Source: Podarcis erhardii
Lineage: Eukaryota
NCBI GenBank assembly: GCA_964252035.1
Contig: OZ176212.1
Length of the DNA: 64,000 nucleotides
Direction: 5' to 3' (one strand)
Within the stretch, counting starts at the first letter, position 1. Each line of letters starts with the position of its first letter. A program made the translations under genes and the position numbers. The notes beneath the pieces were generated by a model, which had not been told where the DNA came from, ran no database searches, and was given only the letters and a program-made list of their open reading frames with translations. Positions 61,418-64,000 of this stretch are shown one piece after another.

Positions 61418-62763
61418 TTGGATTTATGTGTTAGCAGCCTGTTATGAGAAGCATAATCCTATTGCAGTGGTGAAGAGTGAATACTAAATCAACTAAAATT
61501 GTAACTCTCAAATAATCCTGTGAATTTTAACTGATATGCTACCGGAGGCACTCTAGGAACTCTGTAAAAGAGTTTTGCAGCTTGTAAGCTAGCACCTCCT
61601 TCCATGCCCTTGATGGAGATCACTTCAGTACATAGGGAGTAAAGCAGTCTCTTGGGTATGCAGGGCCTGCAATTTGCTTCCTAAGCAGTCTGTGCTCTGA
61701 AGCCTAGTTTGTGTGTTCTTCTCCATCTTGGGGTATGATACTGCCTGTGGGTGAATTCCTTTGTCTGAATTTGCTGCATAACTATTTCTCAGGCATTGCC
61801 AGTGTATTACAGGCAAGAGCTATGTTTTAGCATTTTTGGAAAAGTAGTGCAGACCGTCTTATCAGTCAGTACAGGCAATGTCATCCCTGCCCTGAGCCTT
61901 TGGAAACCATTAAAGCTGTGTCTGGAATGGTGATTGCAGGGGCCAGGTTTTAGGGTTTCCCCCCCTTCTTTTAACTGGTTGAGGCATGGAAGGAAGCTCT
62001 CAGGTAGCGTAAATGCAGATCTGTAATCCTTGCCTCTTCAATGTAGAGGCTTTCGGAAAGAACGAGAGAACCTCTCCGAATGGGTGCAAATCATTTATTT
62101 CAGTTTTCTACACCCGAGGAATAATTGCTGAAGTAATCTTCCTTACCTTTTGGTATCTAACTTTACCAGAAAACATAAAGATTAAGAATTAAACTACTTA
62201 ATTAGCCGCTTAAAAAATAGAAATAACTGCAGTGTTCTGGGAAGACAATTGGGGTTTTTTAAATCTTGCGGAGTCAGTTGGTACTTAGAAGTCTAACCCT
62301 TTTCTATTTTGTGAAAATGAGAAGTCCTGTTTTTAACAAGTCTTAGTTTAAAAAAACTTATTTCTAGCTTATTATATTAAAAAACTCAAATAATTACTGG
62401 GAAAAGAAACCAGAGTGACCAAATGTCGGAGCCTACCTTTTCACGTGGAAAGCAGAGTGATGAAACCCTGATTTGCTTTATATCCTGCAATTTTTTAATC
62501 TGGTCCTTGACTTAAATGAACACAAGTCAAAATATATTTGATCATGATACCCTCAGCTTTCTTTTTGTATAAGCATATTGCGTATAGGTGACAATAGTGG
62601 CTGACCTGTTTGTCAAAGCTGTCGGTAGGAAGAGGCAATAATTTATGCCCTAAGCATGCAAGAGTTTGAGCCTTTTCTGACCATTGTCCATGCTTCACTG
62701 GTGGGTTGCCCGTATATTGAGAACCACAGCTGGCAAGAAAAACTGAAATTGTCAGTGTTGTAG

Positions 62764-62931
<168 letters not shown>

Positions 62932-63519
62932 TAAGTCCTAAACTGTTGTCAGTAGTAACTGATAGTAGTTCTGGTCAGTGTTCAAAACTCCCGCTGCTCT
63001 AGCTGCATTTTGCGACAGGGAATTTCATTAGCGTGAGCAGTTTCTGAGCTATGGGCGCAGTACTACGCCTAAGATTTCAGATTAACACTGCAGAGTGGAA
63101 GGAAAGGAGGACCTTTTTCTGCCTCCCCACTTCCAGCTACTCTGAAGACTGGAGAAGAGACCCTCTTAAGAATATTAGGGGGGCGGGCAGGGGTAGGACT
63201 AGATCATGTGAAAAATGAACATCATAATTTGGCTGCCGTTCATTCATTTTCAACTTTGTATTCTTGTTATAAAAAAGCGTGCCTAGACACTCCGTTGTTG
63301 CGCCTATAACCTAGGTTTAAGGTGCCATTTAGCTCCTAGCTTTCATATCTCAGTTTCTAGCCCTGGTCCTGGTATTATGGAACTAGTCAGAGCATACTTT
63401 TTTCTCCAAAACGAGCATGAGAAATGTCTTTAAATAATCCTGTTTTTAATTGTCCTTTAATCAAGATAATCTATATATGTGGTGCTTTAGAGTTGTGTAC
63501 ACAAAACAAAAGACATGTA

Positions 63520-63960
63520 TCTGTCCCCAAGGAACTTGCAATCTAAATTGACAGTGGCGCAGACAACCGAAGAATGGGGAAAGGACATTTGGGTAGGCAA
63601 AGTATTAATGTGAGCAAATCCCATTGTGCACCCTTAAGATAGGTTGCAGTTGGAGATGCGGGTTAAAAGGCTTGGAGAGATTTGAGGAGGGGCTTGATGT
63701 GGTCTGAGCAATGGGAGAAACGAATGATATCAGCAGTGGCGTTTTGGGTAGAGGTGGGAGGGTTGATGCAGGCAGGTCAGAGAAAAGGAATGTAAAGGCA
63801 GGAGATGGCCAGAGCATGGACCACAGTTTTAGCCGAGAGGACTTCAAGAGGTCACATTTTTGCCATTCATCAGCAAGAAGCAATATGATTTAGCAACATA
63901 ATTGAACAATTGGGGAGAGGAACACAAATGAGTTAAGTATAATGCTAGGGATGCAAAGCT
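63520..63960 (-). mobile_element. Old L2 LINE fragment (antisense)
   Basis: CCCCAAGGAACTTGCAATCTAA resembles the antisense L2 3' end; minus-strand translation has decayed RT-like words (KTPLLISF, FNPHLQ); bounds approximate. Confidence 0.45.
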
Positions 63961-64000
63961 TCGTTTCAGTTGCAAGCAAACATGATCTACACCTGCAGAG

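Noticed and set aside
61620-61815. Two imperfect hairpins in KPNB1 intron 5, the second followed by ACA
   Set aside because: No ANANNA H box in the hinge, and the pairings are weak enough to arise by chance; a covariance-model search would be needed to revive it

Overview
Vertebrate (squamate, probably lacertid lizard, judged from Sauria-type SINEs) genomic DNA with two tandem + strand genes in the human 17q21 order. NPEPPS (puromycin-sensitive aminopeptidase) is present as coding exons 3-23: 2420 coding nt, every exon GT-AG and in frame, GAMEN and HELAH..E motifs intact; exons 1-2 lie upstream of the window. KPNB1 (importin beta-1) is present as a CpG-island promoter plus coding exons 1-6 (232 codons); the gene continues past the window. 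Introns are dense with squamate repeats: Sauria SINEs, two other tRNA-derived SINE families, TA-flanked Tc1/mariner-type MITEs, hAT MITEs, L2 and CR1 fragments, and one Penelope-like insertion. The most notable non-obvious element is a compact box C/D snoRNA in KPNB1 intron 5 (about 61357-61417). It has boxes C, D', C' and D, a 13-bp terminal stem, and a guide predicting 2'-O-methylation of 18S rRNA G1328 (human numbering), the site I know as guided by SNORD32 from RPL13A in mammals. Second is a Penelope-derived minimal hammerhead ribozyme in NPEPPS intron 2 with an apparent CpG-decay G12A lesion. Exon numbering follows my recollection of the human genes. Repeat family names are pattern recognition, not database hits. 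No evidence of a prokaryote-type system such as CRISPR.
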